From positions 1,782,601 to 1,824,108 of the forward strand of contig CP070799.1 of NCBI GenBank assembly GCA_020343535.1: a stretch of 41,508 bases of DNA, written 5' to 3'. This document shows, piece by piece, positions 29,667 to 38,885 of this stretch (position 1 is its first letter; every line of letters starts with the position of its first letter). The translations under genes were made by a program, and so were the position numbers. The notes beneath the pieces are model-generated. The model had not been told where the DNA came from. It saw only the letters and a list, made by a program, of their open reading frames with translations, and ran no database searches. This stretch comes from Nitrospinaceae bacterium. GTDB taxonomy: Bacteria; Nitrospinota; Nitrospinia; Nitrospinales; VA-1.

Positions 29667-31289
29667 TCAGCCGATGTTCTCCATCTCCTCCATCCTCTGC
29701 CGCGCCTGCTCGATGACGAGGCGGGCCACTTCCTCGGTAATGCCTTCGATGGCGGTGAGCTCCTCGACGGGAGTGATGGAGAGTTCCGCCATCGTCTGGA
29801 ATTCGTTCTCAAGCAGCAGGTCGATGACGGCGGGCTCCACGCCGCCGAGCTCCCGCACGCTAATATCCTCCTCTTCTTCCTCTTCCAGCGTGGCGGTTTC
29901 CACTTCCTCCTCCAGCGGAGCGGCTTCCTCGCCCGCTTCCGGAACCGCAGCGGCTTCCCCGGTGGTTTCCTCCACCCCGGGGGCAACCTCTTTCACTGCG
30001 GCAGCCGCCTCTTCGGCCCTCTGGATCATCTCCTGGCAAAGCTCGATCAGGGCTTCGGCCTTTTTCGGCCCGATTCCAGGGAGCTCGATGAGGCCGTCGA
30101 CGCCGCGCTTCATCACCGCGTCCACCGTCACGAGGTTGTTGGTGAAGAGGATGGTCATCACCTTTTCACCGAGGCCCTTGGCGGATTTCACGGTTTCCAG
30201 GAAATCCTCGGCCGGCTCGGCTTTCTTGCTGAGAAACGCCGAAGCGGCCCCCAGGCCGACACCCTCGGATTCGCCCTTGATATCGATTTTCCACTTGACC
30301 AGCTTGGCGGCGAGGCGCACGTTCTGCCCCTTTTTGCCGATGGCGAGGGACATCTGGTCGTCGGCCACGATGACCGTCATGTGGTTCTCTTCCGGGTCCA
30401 TGATGATGCGCGAAATCTTCGCCGGGCTGAGCGCGTTGCGGATGTAGGTCTGCGGGTCCTCTGAATATTCGACGATGTCGATCTTCTCGCCGCGCAGTTC
30501 CTGAACGATGGACTGCACCCGCATGCCTCGCATGCCCACACAGGCACCGACGGCGTCGATATCCCGGTCGTTGGACCTCACCGCGATCTTGGTGCGGCCG
30601 TTGGGCTCGCGCACGATGCCCATGATCTCCACCATGCCCTCGCTGATTTCGGGAACCTCCAGCTCGAACAGCCGCTGAATCAGCCCCACATGCGTCCGCG
30701 ACAGGATCACGCTGGCGTTCTTCGCCGTTTTTCTGACATCCAGAACGTACGCGCGAATCCTCTCGCCGCGATTGAATGTCTCGCGGAACACCTGCTCGCG
30801 CCGGGGCAAGACCCCCTCGGCCTTGCCGAGTTCGACGATGAGGTCGCCGTGCTCGTAGCGCTGAACGATGCCATTGACAAGCTCGCCCTTCTTGTCGATA
30901 TAGTCGTGATAGGTGATGTCGATTTCCGCCTCGCGCACTTTCTGTAATATCACCTGCTTGGCGAGCTGGGCGGCAATGCGGCCGTAATTCTCGAGAAACT
31001 GGCGCACCGCGAGGTGGTCCCCCACTTCGGCGTCGGACAGCATCTCCCGCGCCTCGGCGAGGCTGATCTCCTCGTGCGGGTTCTGGACGGTTTCGACCAC
31101 CGTTTTTTCCGAATAGATCTCGATTTCCCCGGTCTCTTCGTTCAGCTCACTGGTCAGGTTCCGGGCGTCCGGCAGCCGCTTGCTGGCCGCAGCCACCATG
31201 GCGCTGGTCAGCGCTTCGATGAGGATCTCTTTATCTATCCCCTTTTCGCGGCTGAGTTGTTCGATGATGTTGACGACTTCGCTGTTCAT
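29667..31289 (-). CDS. nusA: Transcription termination/antitermination factor NusA with an extended C-terminus
   Basis: GRIAAQ.AKQ, FELEVPEI, GACVGMRG.R, LAIGKKGQNVRLA, two C-terminal HhH-like repeats. Confidence 0.97.
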   Translation of the reverse strand: MNSEVVNIIEQLSREKGIDKEILIEALTSAMVAAASKRLPDARNLTSELNEETGEIEIYSEKTVVETVQNPHEEISLAEAREMLSDAEVGDHLAVRQFLENYGRIAAQLAKQVILQKVREAEIDITYHDYIDKKGELVNGIVQRYEHGDLIVELGKAEGVLPRREQVFRETFNRGERIRAYVLDVRKTAKNASVILSRTHVGLIQRLFELEVPEISEGMVEIMGIVREPNGRTKIAVRSNDRDIDAVGACVGMRGMRVQSIVQELRGEKIDIVEYSEDPQTYIRNALSPAKISRIIMDPEENHMTVIVADDQMSLAIGKKGQNVRLAAKLVKWKIDIKGESEGVGLGAASAFLSKKAEPAEDFLETVKSAKGLGEKVMTILFTNNLVTVDAVMKRGVDGLIELPGIGPKKAEALIELCQEMIQRAEEAAAAVKEVAPGVEETTGEAAAVPEAGEEAAPLEEEVETATLEEEEEEDISVRELGGVEPAVIDLLLENEFQTMAELSITPVEELTAIEGITEEVARLVIEQARQRMEEMENIG

Positions 31290-31302
31290 GATGGTCTTGA
31301 TT

Positions 31303-31764
31303 CTAAAACTCGATGATCAATCGGGCCTGGGCAATGCCCTTCAAGGGAATTTCCCTCACGACCCCTTCGTCATCCAGATAAAGGGTTTGATTCTCGCAAC
31401 CGGCGATCCGGCCTTCAAAACTCTTCCGGTTCTCGATGGCCGAAAAGGTTTTGACGGTGATCCGCTTGTTCACGAATCTTAAAAAATCCCGCTCGTTTTT
31501 CAAGGGGCGGTCGAGGCCCGGAGAGGACACCTCGAGGACATACCGGGTAGGCACCAGGTTTTCAACGTCGATCAGATCCTCGACTTTACGGCTGATTTTC
31601 TGGCAATCGTCGAGGGTAACGCCCGACGCCTTGTCGATCAGAATCCGCAGCGTCCACTCCCGCCCGGTTTTCTTGTATTCAACATCGACGAGTTCGAGGC
31701 CCTCCTCCTCCACCAGCGGCGTCACCAGTTCCAAAACTGTTTGAGATATTGAAGCTTTGGTCAT
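31303..31764 (-). CDS. rimP: Ribosome maturation factor RimP
   Basis: LELVDVE, GVTLDDC..ISR, YVLEVSSPGLDRPL. Confidence 0.97.
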   Translation of the reverse strand: MTKASISQTVLELVTPLVEEEGLELVDVEYKKTGREWTLRILIDKASGVTLDDCQKISRKVEDLIDVENLVPTRYVLEVSSPGLDRPLKNERDFLRFVNKRITVKTFSAIENRKSFEGRIAGCENQTLYLDDEGVVREIPLKGIAQARLIIEF

Positions 31765-31829
31765 ATCCCCCGAGGGGTCAGGCGATCTCGCACGGCCGCA
31801 TTTGGCCTTCTGAACCCGGAGCGAATACT

Positions 31830-31860
31830 AAAAAAAAATGCGGGGTAGAAACCCGCATTT
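31830..31860 (-). terminator. Terminator hairpin in the rimP leader (rimP-leader-type attenuator candidate)
   Basis: Minus strand reads AAATGCGGG-TTTCTAC-CCCGCATTT then a U-run. It lies between the promoter and rimP. Confidence 0.7.
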
Positions 31861-31887
31861 CATTAACGAGCCAGAGGTTGTCGCCTA

Positions 31888-31916
31888 ATACTACTAAATC
31901 GGCACTATCGTTGCAA
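31888..31916 (-). promoter_or_regulatory. Sigma70-type promoter TTGCAA-N17-TAGTAT for the rimP operon
   Basis: Exact 17-nt spacing in the proS-rimP gap. Confidence 0.65.
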
Positions 31917-31949
31917 GAAAATTCTGGGTGGCGGGAGCCCCCGCGGGGA

Positions 31950-33653
31950 TCAGAGCGCCCGCAAAAGAGACACCACTTCGGAGACTGCGCCGGACAGGGG
32001 CTTGAGCTCGGAAACATTTGTTTTTCTTACCTTGATTTCAACCTGGCCGTTTTCGAGATTTTTCGGGCCGAGGATGATTTGCAAGGGCGCCCCGAGCAGG
32101 TCGGCATCGTTGAGCTTGACGCCGAGGCGGTCGGACCGGTCGTCGAGCAGGGCCTCCACCCCGGCATCCCACAGCGCCCGGTAGAGGGTGTCGCTCGCCT
32201 CGCGTACGCTCTCGTTGGAGTAATTGACTGGAATCACCATCACTTGAAAGGGAGCGATTGGCGCCGGCCACACGATGCCCCGCTCGTCGTGGTTCTGTTC
32301 GATGGCGGCGGCGGCGGTGCGCCCCACGCCAATGCCGTAGCATCCCATTTCCATGGGGGTTTCCTTCCCCTGGGGATCGAGGAAATTGGCCTTCATGACG
32401 CGGCTGTACTTGTTTCCCAGAATGAAGATGTGCCCGACCTCGATGCCCCGCCGGACCTGGTAGAGACCCGGACAGTGCGGGCAAGAGTCCCCCGCGCGCA
32501 CCTCGCGCAGGTCGCCCGCTTTCTCCACCTCGAAATCCCGCCCGGCGGACACGCCGGTGAAATGGGCATCCTGCTTGTTGGCGCCGGTGATGAAACTCCC
32601 CAGAGCGGTCACTTCCCGATCCGCATAAATCTTTAGGCCGAGTCCCACCGGCCCCACATAACCCACAGGGGGGCCGTCGATGCTTGCGATGTCCACCTCG
32701 CTTGCGGGATGCGCCCATTCGCAGCCGATCAGGTTCTTGAGCTTGATGGGGTTGAGTTCGCGGTCACCGCGCACCAGCCCCGCCACCATGCCGCGATCGG
32801 TTTCAAAGAGGAGCGTCTTGACGATGCGCTCGGCGGGCTGCGACAGAAACCAGGCCACCTCCTCCACCGATTTTTTGCCCGGCGTCGCCACCTCCCGAAG
32901 CTCTTCCCCGGGCTGGCCGTTTTCTCCCTCGGGCGGCCTGGCCGCGGCCATTTCAAGGTTTGAGGCGTAGCCGCACTGGTTGCAGAACCCGATCCGGTCC
33001 TCGCCGGAATCGGCGAGAACAGCGAACTCGTGTGAAAAACTGCCACCGATGGTGCCCGAGTCTGCCTGCACCTTGACGAAGGTGAGACCGCAGCGCTCGA
33101 AAATGTTGGCGTAGGCCTGAGCCATCTGGCCGTAGGTTTCGCGCGCGCTGTCCACATCGACATGAAAGCTGTAGGCATCCTTCATCATGAATTCGCGGCC
33201 ACGCATAAGGCCGAAGCGCGGACGCACCTCGTCGCGGAATTTGGTCTGGATCTGGTACAGGGTGAGCGGAAGGTTCCGGTACGACTTGACCTCGCGGCGC
33301 ACGATATCGGTGATGACCTCCTCGTGCGTCGGCCCGTAGCAGAATTCGCGGTCGTGCCGGTCCTTGATGCGCAACAGTTCCTTGCCGTAAAAACTCCAGC
33401 GGCCGCTCTCCACCCAAAGCTCCGAGGGCTGGATGCTCGGCAGGAACACCTCCTGCCCGCCAATGGCGTCCAACTCTTCGCGGATGATGCGCTCGATTTT
33501 CCTCAGCACGCGCAGCCCGAGCGGCAGGATCGAATAGATCCCCGAAGCGAGTTGCCGGATCATCCCCGCCCGAACCATGAGCTTGTGGCTCACCACTTCG
33601 GCGTCGGCGGGGGATTCCTTGAGAGTGGGAATGAGCATCTGGGAATAACGCAT
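31950..33653 (-). CDS. proS: Proline-tRNA ligase (with INS editing domain)
   Basis: SH.LM.RAG.I, GPTHEE, KFRDE.RPRFG.MR.REF.MKD, GIEVGHIF.LG, MGCYGIGV.R. Confidence 0.98.
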   Translation of the reverse strand: MRYSQMLIPTLKESPADAEVVSHKLMVRAGMIRQLASGIYSILPLGLRVLRKIERIIREELDAIGGQEVFLPSIQPSELWVESGRWSFYGKELLRIKDRHDREFCYGPTHEEVITDIVRREVKSYRNLPLTLYQIQTKFRDEVRPRFGLMRGREFMMKDAYSFHVDVDSARETYGQMAQAYANIFERCGLTFVKVQADSGTIGGSFSHEFAVLADSGEDRIGFCNQCGYASNLEMAAARPPEGENGQPGEELREVATPGKKSVEEVAWFLSQPAERIVKTLLFETDRGMVAGLVRGDRELNPIKLKNLIGCEWAHPASEVDIASIDGPPVGYVGPVGLGLKIYADREVTALGSFITGANKQDAHFTGVSAGRDFEVEKAGDLREVRAGDSCPHCPGLYQVRRGIEVGHIFILGNKYSRVMKANFLDPQGKETPMEMGCYGIGVGRTAAAAIEQNHDERGIVWPAPIAPFQVMVIPVNYSNESVREASDTLYRALWDAGVEALLDDRSDRLGVKLNDADLLGAPLQIILGPKNLENGQVEIKVRKTNVSELKPLSGAVSEVVSLLRAL

Positions 33654-33686
33654 CGGGGAGCCTGCCTCTTTTCTTAAGAATTTACT

Positions 33687-35423
33687 TTAGCTAAGTTGGA
33701 GGAACTCGTTGACTAGCTTTAGATCTTCGCCTCGGTGAATTTCCAGCCATCCTTGATGGATCTCCATGAAATGGACGCGAAAACCGCGGTCGATCATCTC
33801 CTGGATGATGTCCGTGAAGTTCAGGCGCGACACATCGTCGGCCTCGTGGAACCGTCCCTGGAAGTTCTCGGTGCAGTCCTGATAGGTCGCCATCAGCTGT
33901 TCGGCGCCAGTGCGCGAGAACCGGGCGAGCCCGATGAATTCGTGCGTGGCCGTCTCCGGCGGCAAATTGGCGCCAATTCGCTCGACGAGGTGCTCTCCGG
34001 CGAAGCTGATCCTGCGGCGGCTCGGCCGGTGCTTGCGCTTGCTGACGATGAAATCCAGCGCCTTTCCGCCTTCATACTTGTGATACTGGGTGGTGTTGTC
34101 GGCCACCAGCACGATGTCCTCGCGGCAGTCGAGGAGCTTGCCGATGATGTGATCCTCAAGAAGGATATCGGCGTAAAGCATCAGAAAACCGTTGTGCATT
34201 TTATCGCGCGCCACCATCAGGCTGTGCATCATCGAGCCGTTCTCATAATCCTTGTTCTCCAGGATGGCCACCCCCTCGGCGCGCATTTGATCGCTGGCAT
34301 AGCCCGCCACCACGGTGATGTCGTTCAGGTGGTTGGTCGCGAGAGAGGCGACCTGCCGGTCGAGCAGCGTGCGCCCGGCGATATCCAGCATCGCCTTGGG
34401 CCGGCCGTTCAGCAGGGGTTTCAGCACTTCGTCCTCGCCGGCGGCGGGGATGATGACCGCAATGTTGCCCGCCTGGCCTTCGCGCTGGTCCTTTTCCTTG
34501 ACGTCGAGAAAACCCACCGCGCGGAAGATATCCCGCACCGGGGCGCACAGAGGATCGGCCTCCAGCGACCGCTGGTTGAGCAGAATGGCCCGGCTGACCT
34601 CGACCATCGACTGGTACGCCGCGCGCAGAAGATGGTTGGCGTAGATCAGCACGCGGAACCCCTTTTGGGCCAGCTCGTCCTCGGTGAGGTGGTTGTAGGT
34701 GGTGGGCACGCAAACGAGCGGCTTGTCTAGACCGAGCTCCGTGAGAAGATCGCCGTAAGCCTCGGCAAAGCGGAAAAGCTCGTCCGGATTCTTGGATTTC
34801 GAGTGAATCATGATGCCGTCGACACCGGCCTGCAGGTAGGTGCGCGCCCGGGAAAGCGCATCTTCCAGGGGAAATCCAGCAATGAAACTCTCGATTCTCG
34901 CGATTATGAGAAAATCGCCCGTCAACTGGACCGCCTTGCCGCGGCGGATTTTTTGCGCGAACACCTCCGGGTCCTGCAGGGTCTGCGAAACGCCGGCTTC
35001 CAGGCTGTTCCGCTTCGGGAACACCTTGTCCTCAATGATCACCGCCGAAACGCCGGCGCGCTCCAGCTTCGACACCATGTATTCGAAGTTGTTCGCGTCG
35101 CCGCCGGTGTCGCCGTCGACAATCATCGGCTTTTCGGTGACCGCCAGAATTTCCTGGATCGTCGTCAGGCGCGAGTCGAACCCCACAACTTCGATATCGG
35201 GATGGCCCTTCGACGCCGAGTCCGTCAGGCTGCTTTCCCAGAGGGCGTCGAACTCGCGGATCACCGGCTGGCCCTTATCCTCGCCCTCGATGCGGGCGCT
35301 GCCGCCAACGATGCCGCTCAAGCCGTTGTGCGCCTCGATGACGCGGATCAGCCGGTTTTCTCGGAGCAAGGCTTTGAGCTTGCCGCGTCTTGCTTCGGGC
35401 AGAATGTTGTTTAGAAGGGTCAT
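33687..35423 (-). CDS. pepM: Phosphoenolpyruvate mutase fused to a C-terminal nucleotidyltransferase (LicC/PntC-like) domain
   Basis: EAHNGLS, DGDTGG, PepM signature EDKVFPKRNS (EDKx5NS), ARIES, VPTTY, IYANH.LRA. C-terminal IPAAG..RPKAML, YADIL, HEFIGL, GWLEI. Start ATG 35423 overlaps the upstream stop (ATGA). Confidence 0.9.
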   Translation of the reverse strand: MTLLNNILPEARRGKLKALLRENRLIRVIEAHNGLSGIVGGSARIEGEDKGQPVIREFDALWESSLTDSASKGHPDIEVVGFDSRLTTIQEILAVTEKPMIVDGDTGGDANNFEYMVSKLERAGVSAVIIEDKVFPKRNSLEAGVSQTLQDPEVFAQKIRRGKAVQLTGDFLIIARIESFIAGFPLEDALSRARTYLQAGVDGIMIHSKSKNPDELFRFAEAYGDLLTELGLDKPLVCVPTTYNHLTEDELAQKGFRVLIYANHLLRAAYQSMVEVSRAILLNQRSLEADPLCAPVRDIFRAVGFLDVKEKDQREGQAGNIAVIIPAAGEDEVLKPLLNGRPKAMLDIAGRTLLDRQVASLATNHLNDITVVAGYASDQMRAEGVAILENKDYENGSMMHSLMVARDKMHNGFLMLYADILLEDHIIGKLLDCREDIVLVADNTTQYHKYEGGKALDFIVSKRKHRPSRRRISFAGEHLVERIGANLPPETATHEFIGLARFSRTGAEQLMATYQDCTENFQGRFHEADDVSRLNFTDIIQEMIDRGFRVHFMEIHQGWLEIHRGEDLKLVNEFLQLS

Positions 35424-35683
35424 GTTTTGACGCTCAATCGCTCTCGCACCCAGGAAGGGAGATAAACCGCCTCCAGATCGAACCGGGAAAGCGCTTCCAG
35501 GATGATATTGACTTGCTCGGCGGGGTGCAACCGCCGGTCGAGAAGGATAAGGTCCTGCCCTCTCAACCGGCAATAACCGCCGCGCGTGGGAAACTCATCG
35601 TCGCCCAGGTTGCCCGCCTCAATGGCGATGGACAACCGGGCGGCGGTGTTTTTCAGATCCTCCAACTGGTGTTCTGGGTCCAT
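35420..35683 (-). CDS. Small hypothetical protein (GGYCRLRG motif)
   Basis: 87-aa ORF with protein-like composition, translationally coupled to pepM. Confidence 0.75.
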   Translation of the reverse strand: MDPEHQLEDLKNTAARLSIAIEAGNLGDDEFPTRGGYCRLRGQDLILLDRRLHPAEQVNIILEALSRFDLEAVYLPSWVRERLSVKT

Positions 35684-35772
35684 CGGGCAGGTGACGGGTG
35701 GGTTGGGATTTCTCGCGTCCGCCTAGCGGCAGACATGAAAAAATCCTTTATATTTTGAATGTTTAAAAATTA

Positions 35773-37146
35773 TCAGTTAATAATCCGCATGATATCGTTA
35801 TAGAAAGCGAAGATCATAAGGCTGATGAGCATGAACAAGCCCACCTGCTGGGCGCGCTCGCGGCTTTGTTCGCTGAGCGGCCGGCCCTTGGCCATTTCGA
35901 TCAGGAAGAACAGGATGTGGCCGCCATCGAGCACCGGGATAGGCAGCAGGTTGAGCAGCCCGAGGTTGATGCTGAGCAGCGCTGTCAGTCGAATGAGTTC
36001 GCTCAGGCCCTGCTCGGCGTATTCCCCGTAAACCTGGAAAATGAGAATAGGGCCGCCGATGGTGTCGGCGGAAATGGACCCCACGATCAGGCTCTTCAGG
36101 CTGACGCCGATCATGTAGGTGAGACGTCCGGTTTCCACCAGGCCGCGCCAGAGAGCTCCGAGCACTCCGTATTGTTCGAGAACCATCTCGCCGCTCATGC
36201 CGATGCCGATCAGGCCGATCTCGACCTTGTTGCCCTTCTCGTCTTCCACCACTTTGGATTCCGGAGTAACGGGAATCAGAAGCTCTTCACCGTTCCTGCG
36301 AACGCGGAAAGTCACCTCCTGCCCCGGCTTGTCCACCGCGGCGGTTTTGAGCTCGGCCCATCCCAGGATGGGCTGGTCGTCCACCGCAAGCAAGTGGTCG
36401 CCTTCCAGGAGACCGGCGCGGTCGGCGGCGGAGCCCTTCTTGACGAAGGTGACGTGGGTCACCAGCGGGCTGATGCCAATGAGACCGACGTTTTTCTTGT
36501 CACCGAACAGGGTGGTGACCTCTTCCGAAACCGGAGTGATAGTGAAATTGAGCGGCCCGGGAGCCCCCTCGCGCTCAACCTTGAAATTGAGTGCCTGGCC
36601 CGGCGCATTATGGACGATTTTCTGCAGGTCATCCCAGAAACGGACCTCCTGCCCGCCGATCTCGACGATGCGATCTCCCGCCTGGAGCCCCACCAGCTGA
36701 GCGGGGGATTTGTCCTTGATGGCGCCCGTCACCAAGCCGAGGGTCTCCACCCCCACCATGTACACCACGCAGTATATAGCCACGGCGAAGAGAATGTTGA
36801 AGAGAGGACCGGCGAAGGCGATGGCCAGGCGCGACAGCACCGGAGCGCCGGCGAACGAGCCTGGCTCCTTGAGCGAAGCATCGTCGTAGTCCTCGCCCTT
36901 CATCTTGACGTAACCGCCGAGGGGAATCGCCGAAATCAGGTATTCGGTGCCACCGGACTTGAAGCCCAAAAGTTTCGGCCCGAAACCGAGGCTGAATTTT
37001 TCCACCACCACGCCCACCTTGCGGGCCACCAGAAAATGCCCCAATTCATGCACGAAGATCAGGGCCGCGAGGCCAGCGAGAAAAACCAGCATCTTCAGTC
37101 CAAATCCGGCAAGGGCATCGAGGGTAAAAAGGGACGTTTCAAGCAT
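35773..37146 (-). CDS. rseP: RIP metalloprotease RseP with two PDZ domains
   Basis: HELGH, IPLGGYVKM, AGP..N, NLLPIPVLDGGH. Confidence 0.96.
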   Translation of the reverse strand: MLETSLFTLDALAGFGLKMLVFLAGLAALIFVHELGHFLVARKVGVVVEKFSLGFGPKLLGFKSGGTEYLISAIPLGGYVKMKGEDYDDASLKEPGSFAGAPVLSRLAIAFAGPLFNILFAVAIYCVVYMVGVETLGLVTGAIKDKSPAQLVGLQAGDRIVEIGGQEVRFWDDLQKIVHNAPGQALNFKVEREGAPGPLNFTITPVSEEVTTLFGDKKNVGLIGISPLVTHVTFVKKGSAADRAGLLEGDHLLAVDDQPILGWAELKTAAVDKPGQEVTFRVRRNGEELLIPVTPESKVVEDEKGNKVEIGLIGIGMSGEMVLEQYGVLGALWRGLVETGRLTYMIGVSLKSLIVGSISADTIGGPILIFQVYGEYAEQGLSELIRLTALLSINLGLLNLLPIPVLDGGHILFFLIEMAKGRPLSEQSRERAQQVGLFMLISLMIFAFYNDIMRIIN

Positions 37147-37166
37147 GAGTCGTTTCGCTAAAGTGA

Positions 37167-37844
37167 TTAAGGGTTGCCTGTGTAATCCAGGAGTTCTGCG
37201 TCCGCAGGAATTTGAAACTGGAAGGTCGAGTCAGGAATATCGATATTGATCTGTATATTCTGGAACCGCATCTCCGTCCGATTGCCTAATTTATCATACA
37301 CGGTCGATCCCACGATTTGAAAGTTTTTATTCTCGGTGTGCAGGAGGAGCTTTTCCAGGGTCTGGTCCGCCTGTTTCGGCGACAGCACCAGCGTGATTTC
37401 GGTGGCTTCGCGGACCACCCGCAATACATCGAACGCGTCGGTCAGCTTGCCCTGCCCGGCCAGAAACAGGGCCGGCGTGTTGGAGGAATAGATGCTTTCA
37501 AGCGCCATCTTGGTAACTTGGTTGTCGTCCGGCAGGTACAACCAGAGCGTTTTCTGGTCGCTCACCAGGACCTGCGGGTCCGGCGCGTTATACACCCACT
37601 TCATGCGTCCGGGTTTCTTGATCTCCACGTCGCCACGGGCCTCCAACGTCTGGCTCATCATCTTGACGTAGGATTTCTGCACGAAGGTGGCGCGGAAGGT
37701 GACGGTCTCCTCGTATTTTTTCTGAATGGCAAGAATGGCCTTCTGCTCCTCGCTCGCGGCCTGCGCCAAGGATGCCACGGCCCCGTCGTGAAACAGGCCG
37801 AAGAGCGCGGCAAGACACATAATGATGCGGGCGGGAAACAGCAA
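37167..37844 (-). CDS. lolA: Outer-membrane lipoprotein carrier LolA
   Basis: Signal peptide, A.F.Q, KKPG.MKW.Y..P..Q.LVSD..TLW.Y, TP..FL, D..GN.T...F. Exact start uncertain. Confidence 0.88.
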   Translation of the reverse strand: MLFPARIIMCLAALFGLFHDGAVASLAQAASEEQKAILAIQKKYEETVTFRATFVQKSYVKMMSQTLEARGDVEIKKPGRMKWVYNAPDPQVLVSDQKTLWLYLPDDNQVTKMALESIYSSNTPALFLAGQGKLTDAFDVLRVVREATEITLVLSPKQADQTLEKLLLHTENKNFQIVGSTVYDKLGNRTEMRFQNIQINIDIPDSTFQFQIPADAELLDYTGNP

Positions 37845-38468
37845 TCAGTTTTCCTTTATCAGCGCCTTGCGGCCCGTGAGGGTGAGGCGCCCCTCCATGA
37901 ACAGCCTGATGGCTCGCGGGTAGAGCAGATGCTCCTGTTCGAGAATACGCGCCGCCAACCGGCCGGCATCGTCTTCCTCCAGCACCGGGACGGCGCTTTG
38001 CAGAATGACGGCGCCGCCATCCACCGTCTCGTCCACGAAATGAACGGTGCAGCCGGAAATTTTCACGCCGTAGTCGAGCGCCTGCTGCTGCGGGTGCAGG
38101 CCGGGAAACGCGGGCAGAAGGGAAGGATGGATGTTCACGATCCGCCCCCGAAAGGCCTCGATGAATCCCTTACCGAGAATACGCATGAACCCGGCAAGGC
38201 AGACAAGATCCGCCCCGCGCGCCTGAATCGCCTCCACCATCGCTTGGTTGAACTCGATTTTCCCCGCGAAGGCCTTGGGATCGACGACCCTCGTTTCGAT
38301 GCCGTGCCGGCTCGCCCGCTTAAGGGCGGGCGCCTCGGCCACATCCGAGAGCACGAGGGCGACCCGGGCGCCGGGCAATTCCCCACGTTCGATACTGTCG
38401 ATGATCGCCTGCAGATTGGAGCCGCGCCCGGATACCAGGACGGCCAACTTGAAATCCTTCGGTTCCAT
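37845..38468 (-). CDS. purN: Phosphoribosylglycinamide formyltransferase
   Basis: VLVSGRGSNLQA, LAGFMRIL, NIHPSLLP, GCTVHFV, DGG.VI.Q, EH.LYP. Confidence 0.97.
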   Translation of the reverse strand: MEPKDFKLAVLVSGRGSNLQAIIDSIERGELPGARVALVLSDVAEAPALKRASRHGIETRVVDPKAFAGKIEFNQAMVEAIQARGADLVCLAGFMRILGKGFIEAFRGRIVNIHPSLLPAFPGLHPQQQALDYGVKISGCTVHFVDETVDGGAVILQSAVPVLEEDDAGRLAARILEQEHLLYPRAIRLFMEGRLTLTGRKALIKEN

Positions 38469-38700
38469 TCGTTATCTAATGTAAGAAACCCTTCCCGGAA
38501 CGAGAAAGAACGGGGAGCCGCTACGACCTGCTCAGGTTAACATTAATCGCCAGCATAAATCAACGCGCCCTCTTCCGCCCGGCAGCCGCTTCACCCAGGG
38601 GCGTCCCCCATAAACTCGAAAGCCCTGAAAAACCTGCTATAGCAAGATCCTGAGGCTGGAAACAGACGATGAGGCGGGCATTGTTCATCCCCTCGTCCGG

Positions 38701-38862
38701 TTCGCGGACGACCTTAAGGCGCTGGCTGCCGCGCAGGCGGTCAAGCCGATCCTTAAACCACCGCGTTCCGGTGGGGCACCCGGGCCTCCTTGAACGGACG
38801 GCGCTCGGGCGCCGCCTTCGCTCCATGGATAGCTTAAATGGCCGCCTGCGTCCAGCCGCGAA
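38701..38862. other. Structured intergenic element (candidate ncRNA or cis-regulatory RNA)
   Basis: Nested inverted repeats enclosing two hairpins; see findings. No family assigned. Confidence 0.35.
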
Positions 38863-38885
38863 ATCCGAACTCCTGGAATACTCCC

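Noticed and set aside
35424-35573. Track's N-terminal extension of pepM
   Set aside because: It overlaps the 87-aa gene. ATG 35423 with an ATGA overlap is the better start.
38560-38826. 88-aa minus-strand ORF between surE and purN
   Set aside because: Arg/Pro/Gly-rich, no clear RBS or motif, and it coincides with nested inverted repeats.
38469-38885. tmRNA, RNase P, SRP or ZMP/ZTP riboswitch assignment
   Set aside because: The diagnostic conserved sequences were not found; there is only a partial GACCGCCTG resemblance.
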